From TPA_inf: Saccharomyces (lineage: Eukaryota), in NCBI GenBank assembly GCA_000146045.2, contig BK006938.2, positions 1,248,001 through 1,312,000 on the forward strand: a DNA stretch of 64,000 bases. The letters are read 5' to 3'. The position numbers were made by a program, and so were the translations under genes. Below are positions 11,901 through 25,703 of the stretch, piece by piece. The notes under the pieces were generated by a model. That model was not told where the DNA came from. It did not search any database and saw only the letters and a program-made list of their open reading frames with translations. Numbering within the stretch: position 1 is the stretch's first letter; every line of letters starts with the position of its first letter.

Positions 11901-13271
11901 ATGTTGAGATACTATGGGGCGACAAGAAACTTACCCTTAGTATTCAGCATTAACAAATTAATGTTGAGGGCGTCATCTTTCACCAGGCCATTTCATTATA
12001 GTTCATATTCTCTACAGAACGGTGATACTCCTGATAAAGGCAGCACTAATAAAAATGAAATACGGACACCTAATAACGCTGTTTGGAAAGAAAATATAGA
12101 ACTTCAATGGCAGCACTTGAAAAAGAAATTAAATGAATTGTATTCTAGGTTTAACTTCCACCGAGATCAATTATCCTTTCAAGTTAACAAGGCCAAAAAA
12201 TCAATTCAAGAGGCAAACAGGAAGTTGTCTGAGCAAGAGAATGAAATCAACGATTCCCGTTTAAACTATAATAAAGATGAATTGACCAGTGCGAAAATTG
12301 AAGGATTGCCCTCCGAAAGGGAACAACATAGAAAAAAATGGTCTAGAAAGTTAGAGTTTTATTTTGACTCATTACAGGAGACGTTATTTACTGCCACACG
12401 TGCTTTAAATGATGTGACCGGTTATTCTGGAATTCAAAAGCTCAAATCTAGCATCAGTCTAATGGAAAAAAAATTAGAAGCTACAAAGAAAGAACACAAA
12501 CTGTTTAAGGCACAGTACGCTAACGCCATTGATGAACGTGCTCAATCCCAAAGAGAAGTTAACGAATTATTGCAAAGGCAAAGCGCGTGGTCTTCGAGCG
12601 ATTTAGAGAGATTTACGCAGCTATACAAAAATGACGCCTTGAATGCTAGACAGGAGCAAGAACTAAAAAACAAGGTTAAAGAAATTGAAAGCAAAGAAGA
12701 ACAACTAAATGACGACTTGTATAGAGCAATTTTGACCAGGTACCATGAGGAACAAATATGGTCAGACAAAATCCGAAGAACATCCACCTGGGGTACATTC
12801 ATCTTAATGGGTATGAATATATTCTTGTTTATTGTCCTACAATTACTATTAGAACCTTGGAAACGGAAAAGGTTAGTAGGATCGTTTGAAGACAAAGTCA
12901 AAAGCGCTCTCAACGAATATGCCAAGGAGCAGAATATGAAGATGGATAAATTGTTACCTGGAAAATCATCGGAAGTAACAGACCAAGGCAACACAGAAAA
13001 CTCGATCGTTGAAGAGCACATAGAACAGAGAGGTGAATGTAAAATTAATACGGCGGAAATCGACAGGCCTGAAGTTGCAACGGCTGAGACCACTACAACA
13101 GAAATGAAATCCTTCAGAGATATTTGGGAACGAATAAAGGCACTTTTTGTCACACTAAAAAGCATACAATATAGGAAACTTGACGCTCCCCTAGTCTTTG
13201 ACACCTTAGAGTTCTACTTATACTCAATTTCTTTAGTGAGTATGACAATCTTGGTATCCGGGCTGATATGA
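11901..13271 (+). CDS. SHE9: SHE9 mitochondrial inner-membrane protein (coiled-coil, Lys/Glu-rich)
   Basis: ORF begins MM. The second Met gives the 456-aa length of YDR393W. The choice between the two Mets is uncertain. N-terminal presequence-like region, extensive predicted coiled coil, one hydrophobic segment ([19 protein letters not shown]). Confidence 0.8.
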   Translation: MLRYYGATRNLPLVFSINKLMLRASSFTRPFHYSSYSLQNGDTPDKGSTNKNEIRTPNNAVWKENIELQWQHLKKKLNELYSRFNFHRDQLSFQVNKAKKSIQEANRKLSEQENEINDSRLNYNKDELTSAKIEGLPSEREQHRKKWSRKLEFYFDSLQETLFTATRALNDVTGYSGIQKLKSSISLMEKKLEATKKEHKLFKAQYANAIDERAQSQREVNELLQRQSAWSSSDLERFTQLYKNDALNARQEQELKNKVKEIESKEEQLNDDLYRAILTRYHEEQIWSDKIRRTSTWGTFILMGMNIFLFIVLQLLLEPWKRKRLVGSFEDKVKSALNEYAKEQNMKMDKLLPGKSSEVTDQGNTENSIVEEHIEQRGECKINTAEIDRPEVATAETTTTEMKSFRDIWERIKALFVTLKSIQYRKLDAPLVFDTLEFYLYSISLVSMTILVSGLI

Positions 13272-13504
13272 CATGATATACTGCGCAAGAATATCGTTAA
13301 AAAAACACGCATGCATTTTTTTCATCCTTTATCCTTGTACATAATAAAATCATAAATACACAGTAAATAGCACGTTTTGGTTTCAATATCCTTAACCTTA
13401 CCTAGCTAATGTTTAGCTGGTGTAATCCATTATAATCAAAATTTCTCTAATGTTTGGCTCTTCGTAGCGCGCGATGTGCCCTTTCATATTTTTCCTGAAA
13501 GTAA

Positions 13505-13513
13505 GGTGGCAAA
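13505..13513 (+). promoter_or_regulatory. RPT3: PACE GGTGGCAAA (Rpn4 binding site) upstream of RPT3
   Basis: Exact 9-mer read directly, about 170 bp upstream of the RPT3 ATG. PACE is the known proteasome-gene promoter element. Confidence 0.65.
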
Positions 13514-13680
13514 ATAGTAAATCTGCAGTAATTGGGTATAGCCATGAATATAGGAAGTAATAGGGCTCAGATTCTCAGTGTGTGGACAAACCAATTCTGC
13601 CTATTTCCTTTCACTCATAAGTTATACAAGAGGCAATCGGATAAAATTCAAGTATTTATAAAGTAAAAACCACAACAAGA

Positions 13681-14967
13681 ATGGAGGAACTAGGTATTGT
13701 GACACCTGTCGAAAAGGCAGTCGAAGAAAAACCAGCCGTCAAATCATACGCATCATTGTTGGCTCAACTCAATGGTACAGTCAACAATAACAGTGCCCTG
13801 TCTAATGTGAATTCTGATATATATTTCAAATTGAAGAAATTAGAAAAAGAGTATGAACTGCTGACTTTGCAAGAAGACTATATTAAGGACGAACAACGCC
13901 ATTTGAAACGTGAATTGAAGAGAGCTCAAGAAGAAGTAAAGAGAATCCAGTCGGTTCCATTAGTTATCGGGCAATTCTTAGAACCTATTGATCAGAACAC
14001 AGGTATTGTTTCTAGTACCACAGGTATGAGTTATGTCGTTAGAATATTATCAACCCTAGACCGTGAACTATTAAAGCCATCTATGTCTGTAGCTTTACAT
14101 CGTCATTCAAATGCTTTAGTTGACATCCTACCACCTGATTCCGACTCTAGCATATCCGTAATGGGCGAAAACGAAAAACCTGACGTCACTTATGCAGATG
14201 TTGGTGGGTTAGATATGCAAAAGCAAGAAATCAGGGAAGCCGTAGAGCTGCCATTAGTTCAGGCTGATCTATACGAGCAAATCGGTATTGACCCTCCTAG
14301 GGGTGTTCTATTATATGGTCCACCAGGTACCGGTAAGACGATGCTTGTTAAAGCCGTCGCCAATAGTACAAAAGCTGCATTCATAAGAGTTAATGGCTCC
14401 GAATTTGTTCACAAATATCTTGGTGAAGGTCCAAGAATGGTTCGTGACGTCTTTAGACTCGCCAGGGAAAATGCTCCATCCATTATATTCATAGATGAGG
14501 TAGATTCCATTGCCACAAAGCGTTTTGATGCTCAAACGGGTTCCGATCGTGAAGTACAGCGTATCCTGATTGAGTTGTTGACACAAATGGATGGTTTCGA
14601 TCAATCCACCAACGTTAAAGTCATCATGGCTACAAACAGGGCAGACACATTGGACCCAGCTTTGCTGAGACCAGGCAGATTAGATAGAAAGATTGAGTTT
14701 CCCTCACTTCGTGATAGGCGTGAACGTCGTTTGATTTTCGGTACCATTGCCAGTAAGATGTCCCTTGCCCCAGAAGCGGACTTAGACTCGCTTATTATTC
14801 GTAACGACTCTCTATCAGGTGCTGTTATTGCAGCGATCATGCAGGAAGCTGGTTTAAGAGCAGTGAGGAAAAACAGATATGTCATCTTACAAAGCGATCT
14901 GGAAGAAGCTTACGCCACTCAAGTCAAGACAGATAATACCGTCGATAAATTCGACTTCTACAAATGA
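13681..14967 (+). CDS. RPT3: RPT3 26S proteasome regulatory-particle AAA-ATPase
   Basis: 428-aa ORF. Walker A GPPGTGKT, Walker [12 protein letters not shown] second region of homology. Confidence 0.95.
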
Positions 14968-15272
14968 TTACCATATATGCTTCAACGTAGGTCTACATAA
15001 AGTATTACGTACATTTCTATCTAGACAACACTAAATGAAATAAATACAGACGCCACTTTTTTATCACGTTTCTTAGCGTTATTCCGCGCGCAACCGGACG
15101 TCGCTAGCCAAGTTTTTCACTTTTTTTTTTCTGTGATATTTTTTTTTCCAAATGAGATGGTAAGATGAGTACCTATCAACAAGTATCTCAATCAATAAAG
15201 TACAACCAAAATATCAAGTACGCAGTCTCTGCTTCATCCCAGTGTAGATTTGCTATTCGATTTGTGTCATAA

Positions 15273-18158
<2,886 letters not shown>

Positions 18159-18365
18159 GGAGAACACAAAAAAAATAGTGGAATGTGATAGTTTGAAATA
18201 AGGATATTAGTTTATACTCTAATATACAAATATAAAAGTTGTTTCTTTTTCGTTCTTTTTTTTTTTTGGACTTGTCTTCGTTTTTATTACATACATGCAT
18301 GCGCTTAACATATTCCCATGTGGTTTATTTTCGTATATAGCATTACTTTGTTTAGAAGCTTCTAT

Positions 18366-18898
18366 TCAAGAAGAATCCTCCGACTTAACCGGATCAGATA
18401 CACTATTGTGGTGTAATCTGGACCTTGACTGTCTAAACAACTCCTCTTGTTGTCGTAGCAGCTCTTCTTCCGAGAGACCTGACTTCTTGAACTTGGAATC
18501 CCTAGTTTCTTTCACCTTCTGGGAACCCTTAAAATTCAATAATATTTCCTCTAAGAATGGTATAAACTCATTATACTCCAACTCTTCTAGCGCTTTGATC
18601 ACGTGCTCGGGCGCTATGGTTTTCTTAGCCTCGTTGTCCGCCATTTCGGAAGCCATCGAGGACAGGATCATTATGAATTCTATGCCGGAGTTGATGATGA
18701 TTTCTCTTGCATCCTTGGTAAACATCAAATCCTGGTCCAGTATTTCAGATATCATCTTTTGTACGGTCGCTAAGATCATTCAGTGTTTTCTCTAAGTTAG
18801 TATAACCGCTCAGTACCCGCATCAAAGCTTGAGTTTTGCAACAACAATATAACTAACATACCCTTGGGAAGCGACACATTATCGGAGTCTCCAGCCAT
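18366..18898 (-). CDS. NCB2: NCB2 (NC2-beta/Dr1 homologue), two exons: exon 2 18366..18769, exon 1 18862..18898
   Basis: The ORF track shows only exon 2, starting at an internal Met. On the minus strand, 18898..18862 reads ATGGCTGGAGACTCCGATAATGTGTCGCTTCCCAAG G (MAGDSDNVSLPK + G). This is followed by GTATGT, a TACTAAC branchpoint and a TTAG acceptor. Exon 2 starts CG ACC GTA CAA AAG ATG, which continues ...ATVQKMISEIL in frame. Spliced product is 146 aa with a histone-fold. Confidence 0.85.
18770..18861 (-). other. NCB2: NCB2 spliceosomal intron (92 nt)
   Basis: Read on the minus strand: 5-prime GTATGT at 18861..18856, branchpoint TACTAAC about 30 nt before the acceptor, acceptor TTAG ending at 18770. 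An earlier AG right after the branchpoint is too close to be used. Confidence 0.8.
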
Positions 18899-19284
18899 CA
18901 ATTAATTAATAGGTACAACTGTATTAGTAAATATCGTTATGATTTCTTGCCCACCTTATACTGGTAACTCTGCACGATAGAAATCGACAAGGCGAGCAGA
19001 GGGCGAAAAGCGCGACCAAAAACCGCTTCCATTTATATAGGAGGGAGAGTGCAGCGGGCTGGGCGTTTTAAAGTGGTGCAAGAGTTAATTGCACATACTG
19101 GAATACGCCAAAGATAAGAGCCCGAGCTGATTAAACCAGATCGTAATTTTTGCGGCGACTATTCGCATGAACAGGCTATGCTGCATAGTGGTGGCATTTC
19201 TTTACAATAGTTTTGGTTGAACGTGTTGTACAGTTCCCCTTATTCTTTGATTGTCATTTAACACGGGGATGAGCTTCTTGACAA

Positions 19285-19293
19285 AAAAATTTT
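19285..19293 (+). promoter_or_regulatory. UTP5: RRPE-like AAAAATTTT upstream of UTP5
   Basis: Read directly, about 180 bp upstream of the UTP5 ATG. Pairs with a PAC element 45 bp downstream. Confidence 0.5.
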
Positions 19294-19337
19294 ATCCAAT
19301 TTTTTTTCATTTCTTTTTCTAATCTTTCGCAGCTGAA

Positions 19338-19345
19338 GCGATGAG
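19338..19345 (+). promoter_or_regulatory. UTP5: PAC element GCGATGAG upstream of UTP5
   Basis: Read directly, about 125 bp upstream of the UTP5 ATG. PAC plus RRPE is the signature of the ribosome-biogenesis regulon. Confidence 0.55.
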
Positions 19346-19470
19346 GTGAAAAAATTAACAAGTATTGGATAGGATATATGTATGTAAAGATAGATGCAGA
19401 GCATATATAGTTTAAACTTGGCTTAGCAAGAGGGTAAAAGACACATTTGCCTTATAATTGTTCATTACCG

Positions 19471-21402
19471 ATGGATTCTCCTGTTCTACAGTCCGCTTAT
19501 GACCCATCAGGTCAGTATTTGTGTTATGTCACTGTAGCTTTGGACAAGCAACGCGTTGGTGTACAGCCCACTCAAAGGGCCACTTCCTCCGGAGTTGATA
19601 CAGTGTGGAATGAGAATTTTCTGTATTTAGAGGACTCGAAATTGAAGGTGACGTGCTTAAAATGGGTAAACCTGGCTTCTTCCGACACAGTGGCTATTAT
19701 ATTGGGTATGAATAACGGTGAAATTTGGCTATATTCCGTATTGGCCAACGAAGTCACCTATAAATTCACTACGGGGAATTCTTACGAAATCAAAGACATA
19801 GACTTGATGGGTAATCAACTGTGGTGTATCGACTCCAGCGACGCATTCTATCAGTTCGATCTGTTACAATTCAAACTGTTACAACATTTTAGAATAAACA
19901 ACTGCGTTCAATTGAATAAACTAACCATTGTTCCAGCAGGCGATTCTGTTGCACAACTTTTGGTTGCATCCCATTCCATTTCTTTAATAGACATCGAAGA
20001 GAAAAAAGTCGTAATGACATTTCCCGGTCATGTATCTCCAGTGTCCACATTGCAAGTTATAACTAATGAATTTTTCATATCAGGCGCAGAGGGTGATAGA
20101 TTCTTGAACGTATATGATATTCATTCCGGTATGACCAAATGCGTCCTTGTGGCTGAATCAGATATCAAGGAGTTATCTCATTCAGGCCAAGCCGATTCTA
20201 TCGCAGTCACTACCGAGGATGGTAGCTTGGAAATTTTTGTTGATCCATTGGTATCGAGTTCAACAAAGAAAAGAGGCAACAAGTCCAAAAAATCCAGCAA
20301 AAAGATTCAAATCGTCAGTAAAGACGGCAGGAAAGTTCCAATTTATAACGCATTTATTAATAAAGACCTTTTGAACGTATCGTGGTTACAAAATGCTACT
20401 ATGCCTTACTTCAAGAACTTGCAGTGGAGAGAAATCCCTAATGAATATACCGTCGAAATTTCCCTAAATTGGAATAATAAAAATAAGTCCGCCGATCGCG
20501 ATCTACACGGTAAAGATCTTGCCTCAGCCACCAACTACGTGGAAGGTAATGCAAGAGTCACCTCTGGAGATAACTTCAAGCATGTTGATGACGCTATAAA
20601 GAGCTGGGAAAGAGAATTGACTTCTTTGGAACAAGAACAGGCCAAGCCCCCACAGGCCAATGAACTATTAACAGAAACATTTGGTGATAAGCTAGAATCA
20701 AGCACCGTCGCAAGGATTAGTGGGAAAAAAACAAATTTAAAAGGTTCCAATCTCAAGACTGCTACGACAACCGGGACGGTAACAGTAATTCTGTCGCAAG
20801 CACTACAATCAAATGATCATTCACTGTTGGAAACAGTGCTCAATAATCGTGACGAGAGGGTCATTAGGGATACTATCTTCCGTCTGAAACCAGCACTGGC
20901 TGTCATTCTCTTAGAAAGGTTGGCAGAGAGGATTGCAAGACAAACCCACCGTCAAGGCCCATTGAATGTTTGGGTAAAATGGTGTTTAATCATACACGGT
21001 GGCTATTTGGTTTCTATTCCAAATTTGATGTCTACTCTATCGTCGTTACATTCCACCTTGAAAAGGCGTTCCGACTTATTACCAAGGCTACTAGCACTGG
21101 ATGCAAGGTTAGACTGTACTATAAATAAATTCAAAACTTTGAACTATGAAGCAGGCGACATCCACTCATCCGAACCAGTTGTCGAAGAGGACGAAGACGA
21201 CGTTGAATATAACGAAGAACTCGATGATGCCGGCCTTATAGAGGACGGTGAAGAATCTTATGGCAGTGAAGAAGAAGAAGAAGGTGATAGTGACAACGAA
21301 GAGGAACAGAAGCATACCTCATCTAAGCAAGATGGCCGTTTAGAAACGGAGCAGAGCGACGGCGAGGAGGAAGCCGGATATAGTGACGTTGAGATGGAAT
21401 AG
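19471..21402 (+). CDS. UTP5: UTP5 SSU-processome (t-UTP) subunit, WD-repeat protein
   Basis: ORF 19447..21402 (651 aa). The accepted start MDSPVLQSAYDPSGQY is at codon 9, giving 643 aa. Acidic Ser/Glu/Asp-rich C-terminus typical of nucleolar proteins. Confidence 0.85.
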   Translation: MDSPVLQSAYDPSGQYLCYVTVALDKQRVGVQPTQRATSSGVDTVWNENFLYLEDSKLKVTCLKWVNLASSDTVAIILGMNNGEIWLYSVLANEVTYKFTTGNSYEIKDIDLMGNQLWCIDSSDAFYQFDLLQFKLLQHFRINNCVQLNKLTIVPAGDSVAQLLVASHSISLIDIEEKKVVMTFPGHVSPVSTLQVITNEFFISGAEGDRFLNVYDIHSGMTKCVLVAESDIKELSHSGQADSIAVTTEDGSLEIFVDPLVSSSTKKRGNKSKKSSKKIQIVSKDGRKVPIYNAFINKDLLNVSWLQNATMPYFKNLQWREIPNEYTVEISLNWNNKNKSADRDLHGKDLASATNYVEGNARVTSGDNFKHVDDAIKSWERELTSLEQEQAKPPQANELLTETFGDKLESSTVARISGKKTNLKGSNLKTATTTGTVTVILSQALQSNDHSLLETVLNNRDERVIRDTIFRLKPALAVILLERLAERIARQTHRQGPLNVWVKWCLIIHGGYLVSIPNLMSTLSSLHSTLKRRSDLLPRLLALDARLDCTINKFKTLNYEAGDIHSSEPVVEEDEDDVEYNEELDDAGLIEDGEESYGSEEEEEGDSDNEEEQKHTSSKQDGRLETEQSDGEEEAGYSDVEME

Positions 21403-22067
21403 AGGATATCATGCATAAAATGCTTTCACGCATCAGAATACAAAAATAATCTCTAGGCACATAAATACTTATATAGAGTTCACCACATAATGTAAGAAAA
21501 GAAAAAAGAAAAAAAAAGATCACGAAAGTATCCCACGCGAAGAAGATCTGTCAAAAGACCCCCACAATCGTTTATCCTTTTTGAACTGCATCTGGCATCG
21601 TTAACAGTAAGGCCATCTGGAACATCAAGCAAGCACTCCACTTTTACGTCACAACCATAGTTGGTTAACTAAGAAAAGACAGTACATATTTCCCTTCCGA
21701 GTCACTTATTTTTTTTTTCTTCTGAAAAAATTAATTAGATTAATTTCAATTAATATCATTTCCGCTTATCTGACTTCTTTCATTTTTTTTCTCTATATTT
21801 CGCGTTTACTAGGAAAGAAAAGGAAAAAAAATTTTTCCCCCTCCATCTGTCCCAAATCGGGTAGCGATGAGCTGCTATAGAATTTTCTATTTAAACATGT
21901 TTGATAAGCCCAATTTCCGTTAGATTTTGTTCCCCCTTCGCAGTTTGGTTTGCCGTAACTTTTTTATTTTAGTCTCCATCTAGCTGGAGTAATACGATGT
22001 AGTGCCTTGTAATCTTTCTTATTTTTATATTACCGTTCGTGTTCATTATATCCATTACGTTCCCATA

Positions 22068-22733
22068 ATGTCGGCAAACGATAAGCAATACATCTCGTAC
22101 AACAACGTACATCAACTATGTCAAGTATCCGCTGAGAGAATTAAGAATTTCAAGCCGGACTTAATCATTGCCATTGGTGGTGGTGGTTTCATTCCTGCTA
22201 GGATCCTACGTACGTTCCTAAAGGAGCCCGGCGTGCCAACCATCAGAATTTTTGCTATTATTTTGTCTTTGTACGAAGATTTGAACAGTGTAGGCTCAGA
22301 AGTTGAGGAAGTTGGTGTTAAGGTTAGCAGAACACAATGGATTGATTACGAGCAATGTAAATTAGATCTAGTCGGCAAGAACGTTCTTATCGTTGACGAA
22401 GTCGATGACACCCGTACCACACTTCATTACGCTTTGAGTGAATTGGAAAAGGATGCAGCTGAACAGGCAAAGGCTAAAGGTATCGATACTGAAAAGTCTC
22501 CAGAGATGAAAACAAACTTCGGGATTTTTGTTCTACACGATAAGCAAAAACCAAAGAAAGCAGATTTGCCTGCCGAAATGTTGAATGACAAGAACCGTTA
22601 TTTTGCAGCTAAAACTGTTCCAGACAAGTGGTATGCATATCCATGGGAATCTACTGACATTGTTTTCCATACTAGAATGGCTATTGAACAGGGCAATGAC
22701 ATCTTTATTCCTGAGCAGGAACACAAGCAATGA
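22068..22733 (+). CDS. HPT1: HPT1 hypoxanthine-guanine phosphoribosyltransferase
   Basis: ORF 22002..22733 (243 aa). The accepted start MSANDKQYISYNNV is at codon 23, giving 221 aa. PRTase-type motif VLIVDEVDDTRTT. Confidence 0.85.
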   Translation: MSANDKQYISYNNVHQLCQVSAERIKNFKPDLIIAIGGGGFIPARILRTFLKEPGVPTIRIFAIILSLYEDLNSVGSEVEEVGVKVSRTQWIDYEQCKLDLVGKNVLIVDEVDDTRTTLHYALSELEKDAAEQAKAKGIDTEKSPEMKTNFGIFVLHDKQKPKKADLPAEMLNDKNRYFAAKTVPDKWYAYPWESTDIVFHTRMAIEQGNDIFIPEQEHKQ

Positions 22734-23062
22734 TAGACATATCATATCCTTCAGTAACTTGAATCATACAGCAGAATTTGTACAATAGACAACGCATATA
22801 ACTGCGACCATATGTATACGTATAACTAATTATTATCTCAAAGTTTATTCCCTTAGCCTCACCGGTAACCTGTGAGGCGCGATTACGTTTTCCCTCTGTT
22901 CACCACCACGTAACGCGATATTTGACACATACGTGACAACTACTTTTGATGGAATCTGCTGATTTTTTTACCTCACGAAACTTATTAAAACAGATAATTT
23001 CCCTCATCTGCAAGGTTGGGGAAGGGTTGGACAGCAATAACCAGCGACTGTTTGAAGAAAAG

Positions 23063-24085
23063 ATGACTGTTAGTAAAATACCCATATGGCTAGATTGTGA
23101 TCCTGGTCATGATGATGCCATAGCCATTTTATTAGGCTGTTTCCATCCAGCTTTCAATCTTCTAGGAATCAGCACGTGTTTTGGTAACGCACCGCCAGAG
23201 AATACTGACTACAACGCCCGTTCTCTTTTGACTGCGATGGGCAAAGCACAAGCGATTCCAGTTTATAAAGGCGCACAGAGACCTTGGAAAAGGGAACCTC
23301 ATTATGCTCCTGACATTCATGGTATATCAGGTTTAGACGGCACTTCTTTGCTACCTAAGCCAACATTTGAGGCAAGAACTGATAAAACGTATATTGAGGC
23401 CATTGAAGAGGCGATTCTAGCTAACAATGGAGAGATATCCTTTGTGTCTACTGGTGCACTTACCACATTAGCAACAGTTTTTAGGTGTAAACCATACCTA
23501 AAAAAATCTGTCAAATATATTAGCATTATGGGGGGTGGACTCCATGGTCTAGGAAACTGTAACCCAAATCTTTCTGCTGAATTCAACGTTTGGATTGATC
23601 CTGACGCAGCGAATTACATATTCCGTGATCCCGATGTAAAGGACAAATGTATAGTAGTTCCTCTAAATTTAACTCACAAGGCCATAGCTACTTACAAGGT
23701 TAACGAAATGATATACAACGAAAAGAATAACAGCAAGTTACGAGAATTGTTTTTGGAGCTTTTTCAATTTTTTGCTCATACCTACAAGGATATGCAAGGA
23801 TTTGAATCGGGCCCACCTATACATGATCCGGTAGCTTTGATGCCGCTTTTGGAATTTTATGGGTGGGATCCATCGTCTGCGGTTGGATTTCGCTACAAGA
23901 GAATGGACATATCCTGCATTGATGATGTTTTCAACGAAAACTCAGGGAAAATTATCATTGAAAAAGAATATCCAAATGACAGTGATGTTGGTACAATAAT
24001 TGGTCTCGATTTGAATATCCAGTACTTTTGGGATCAGATTTTTGAAGCATTAAATAGAGCAGACAAAATGTCAACGATTGGATAA
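23063..24085 (+). CDS. URH1: URH1 uridine/ribonucleoside hydrolase (IU-nucleoside hydrolase family)
   Basis: ORF 22946..24085 (379 aa). The accepted start MTVSKIPIWLDCDPGHDDA is at codon 40, giving 340 aa. N-terminal DxDxxxDD Ca-binding motif of nucleoside hydrolases. Confidence 0.85.
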   Translation: MTVSKIPIWLDCDPGHDDAIAILLGCFHPAFNLLGISTCFGNAPPENTDYNARSLLTAMGKAQAIPVYKGAQRPWKREPHYAPDIHGISGLDGTSLLPKPTFEARTDKTYIEAIEEAILANNGEISFVSTGALTTLATVFRCKPYLKKSVKYISIMGGGLHGLGNCNPNLSAEFNVWIDPDAANYIFRDPDVKDKCIVVPLNLTHKAIATYKVNEMIYNEKNNSKLRELFLELFQFFAHTYKDMQGFESGPPIHDPVALMPLLEFYGWDPSSAVGFRYKRMDISCIDDVFNENSGKIIIEKEYPNDSDVGTIIGLDLNIQYFWDQIFEALNRADKMSTIG

Positions 24086-24233
24086 GAACTTCTATAAAAG
24101 GCTTTTTTTTTTTCTACTGACCTTTGGTCAGGTTCTGTTCCTTTCATTTTCACTGGATACAAAGAAGTTTCACTAAAAGTTGTCGCGATTGTATACATAT
24201 ATGCGTATATATACAATTCTACATGTTTTATAT

Positions 24234-25703
24234 TTATTCCATTATATTCTCGTTAAATTTTAACTTTAAATTAAGAGGGCAAAGAGGCCCAGCGGGAGTT
24301 AATTTTTCTTCCCATTCAGGGTCAAGACTCCATCGAAACTGTTTCAACATTTCAGCCAAAGAAATTCTCATTTCTGTTAGGGCTAGTTTTTCCCCTAGGC
24401 ATGCTCTTCGGCCTCCATGGAACCCAGTCACAGCACATCTGTTTTTCGCCATTCTCCAGTTTTTCCTTATGGTTTCGATATCTGAACCCCATCTTTCTGG
24501 TTTAAAATCATCTGCTGTTGTGCCCCAAGTTTTGGGATCGTGTGAGGTTCCAAAGTTGTTGTACCCGACATATACGCCCTTGGGTATAACAATTTCCGCC
24601 CCCAACTTGCACGTTTTGGTAGTACATCTATTAATAATTGTGCTCAAAGGAGGATACATTCTTACTACTTCGAAGAGAAAAGCATTTAATAAGGGTAAAT
24701 CTGCTAAGCCTTTTGGATCAGTGATGCCGTTTACTTCCTTCCTGAGTTTCTCTTGCCATTCATTTGAATATTTGGCTAGAAGGTAGAGTGAACTATTAAA
24801 TAGCAACTGCGGGTTTTCATGGCCAGCGACAAGGATAATGACGATATTATCGGTCAACTGTTTGTAGTCGATTATTTCGTTATTGTGAGCACGAATTAGA
24901 TCACTGGCAGCAAAAGTAGTTTGTTCAAATTTGTAATTATTGACTAATTCATCTTGAACTCTTTTAACGAGAAGTTCTCTAAAACTAACAACATCCTTGA
25001 AGGCTTTTTTTCTTGAAGGAATAGGAAGAACATCAAGGAATGGAAAAGTTAAAAAGAATGGATGAAATATTTGCTTTTTAATACGAATCAAATGCTCGTG
25101 GAAAGCATTTTTTTCATGTGTTAGAGCACCAAAATCAAATCCAAGGGCAACCTGTGAAATGTTATCCAATGCCATTCTCTGGGATAAAGGTCCCATAGGG
25201 ATCGAAGTTTGTCCTTCTAGGAGTCTGTTTTTTATCAAAGTGCATAAAATTTTTGCATTTTTGAATATAGGTGCATCGTCAAAATGTTGGAGCCCGTTTG
25301 TCACAGCATTTCTGTAGTTTCTCCAAACTGCACCATACGCGCTAATGACATTGTCCCCTGTGTAAGCGGCAAGAGCACTGTATGGGATTTTCTTTTGATT
25401 ACCGCTCTTCGCAAAAGTATCTTCATCTTTGAATATTTGTGCTAGATACTCAGAACGAGAAACGAGAATATTCCACCGTGAACCAAAGAAAAATTTTACA
25501 GCACCGTATTTTTCCATTGATTCCCTAATATAAAGATCGTATAGCTCCGTTTGATCAATGGGAAATATTACTGGTAAAAATACTACATAAAATGGGATGG
25601 TGGGTATATTTTTGGGAAAGTTTAGAGGTGGGACAATGATTGCAAAGGCGACATAGGAAAGAGTAAGAAATAAAATCAAACACAGAAGCTTTAACAACTC
25701 CAT
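24234..25703 (-). CDS. DIT2: DIT2 sporulation-specific cytochrome P450 (CYP56), dityrosine spore-wall synthesis
   Basis: 489-aa ORF. N-terminal membrane anchor. P450 heme-binding signature [14 protein letters not shown] (FxxGxRxCxG). EVVR (ExxR) motif present. Confidence 0.9.

Noticed and set aside
10809-13204. Long antisense ORFs within SPT3 (10809..11453, 214 aa) and SHE9 (12542..13204, 220 aa). Others of the same kind lie in SAC7 (5634..6116, 160 aa) and SXM1 (16439..16894, 151 aa).
   Set aside because: The sense genes are Lys/Glu/Asp-rich (AAR/GAR codons). Their antisense strand is therefore poor in stop codons and gives Ser/Leu/Phe-rich pseudo-ORFs with no domain features.
18295-18795. 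166-aa plus-strand ORF (YDR396W-type dubious ORF) overlapping NCB2.
   Set aside because: It overlaps NCB2 exon 2 and the intron on the opposite strand. NCB2, with its conserved histone fold, is the real gene.
24124-24786. 220-aa plus-strand ORF (YDR401W-type) overlapping the 3-prime end of DIT2.
   Set aside because: Antisense to the conserved P450 heme-binding region of DIT2. No recognisable features.
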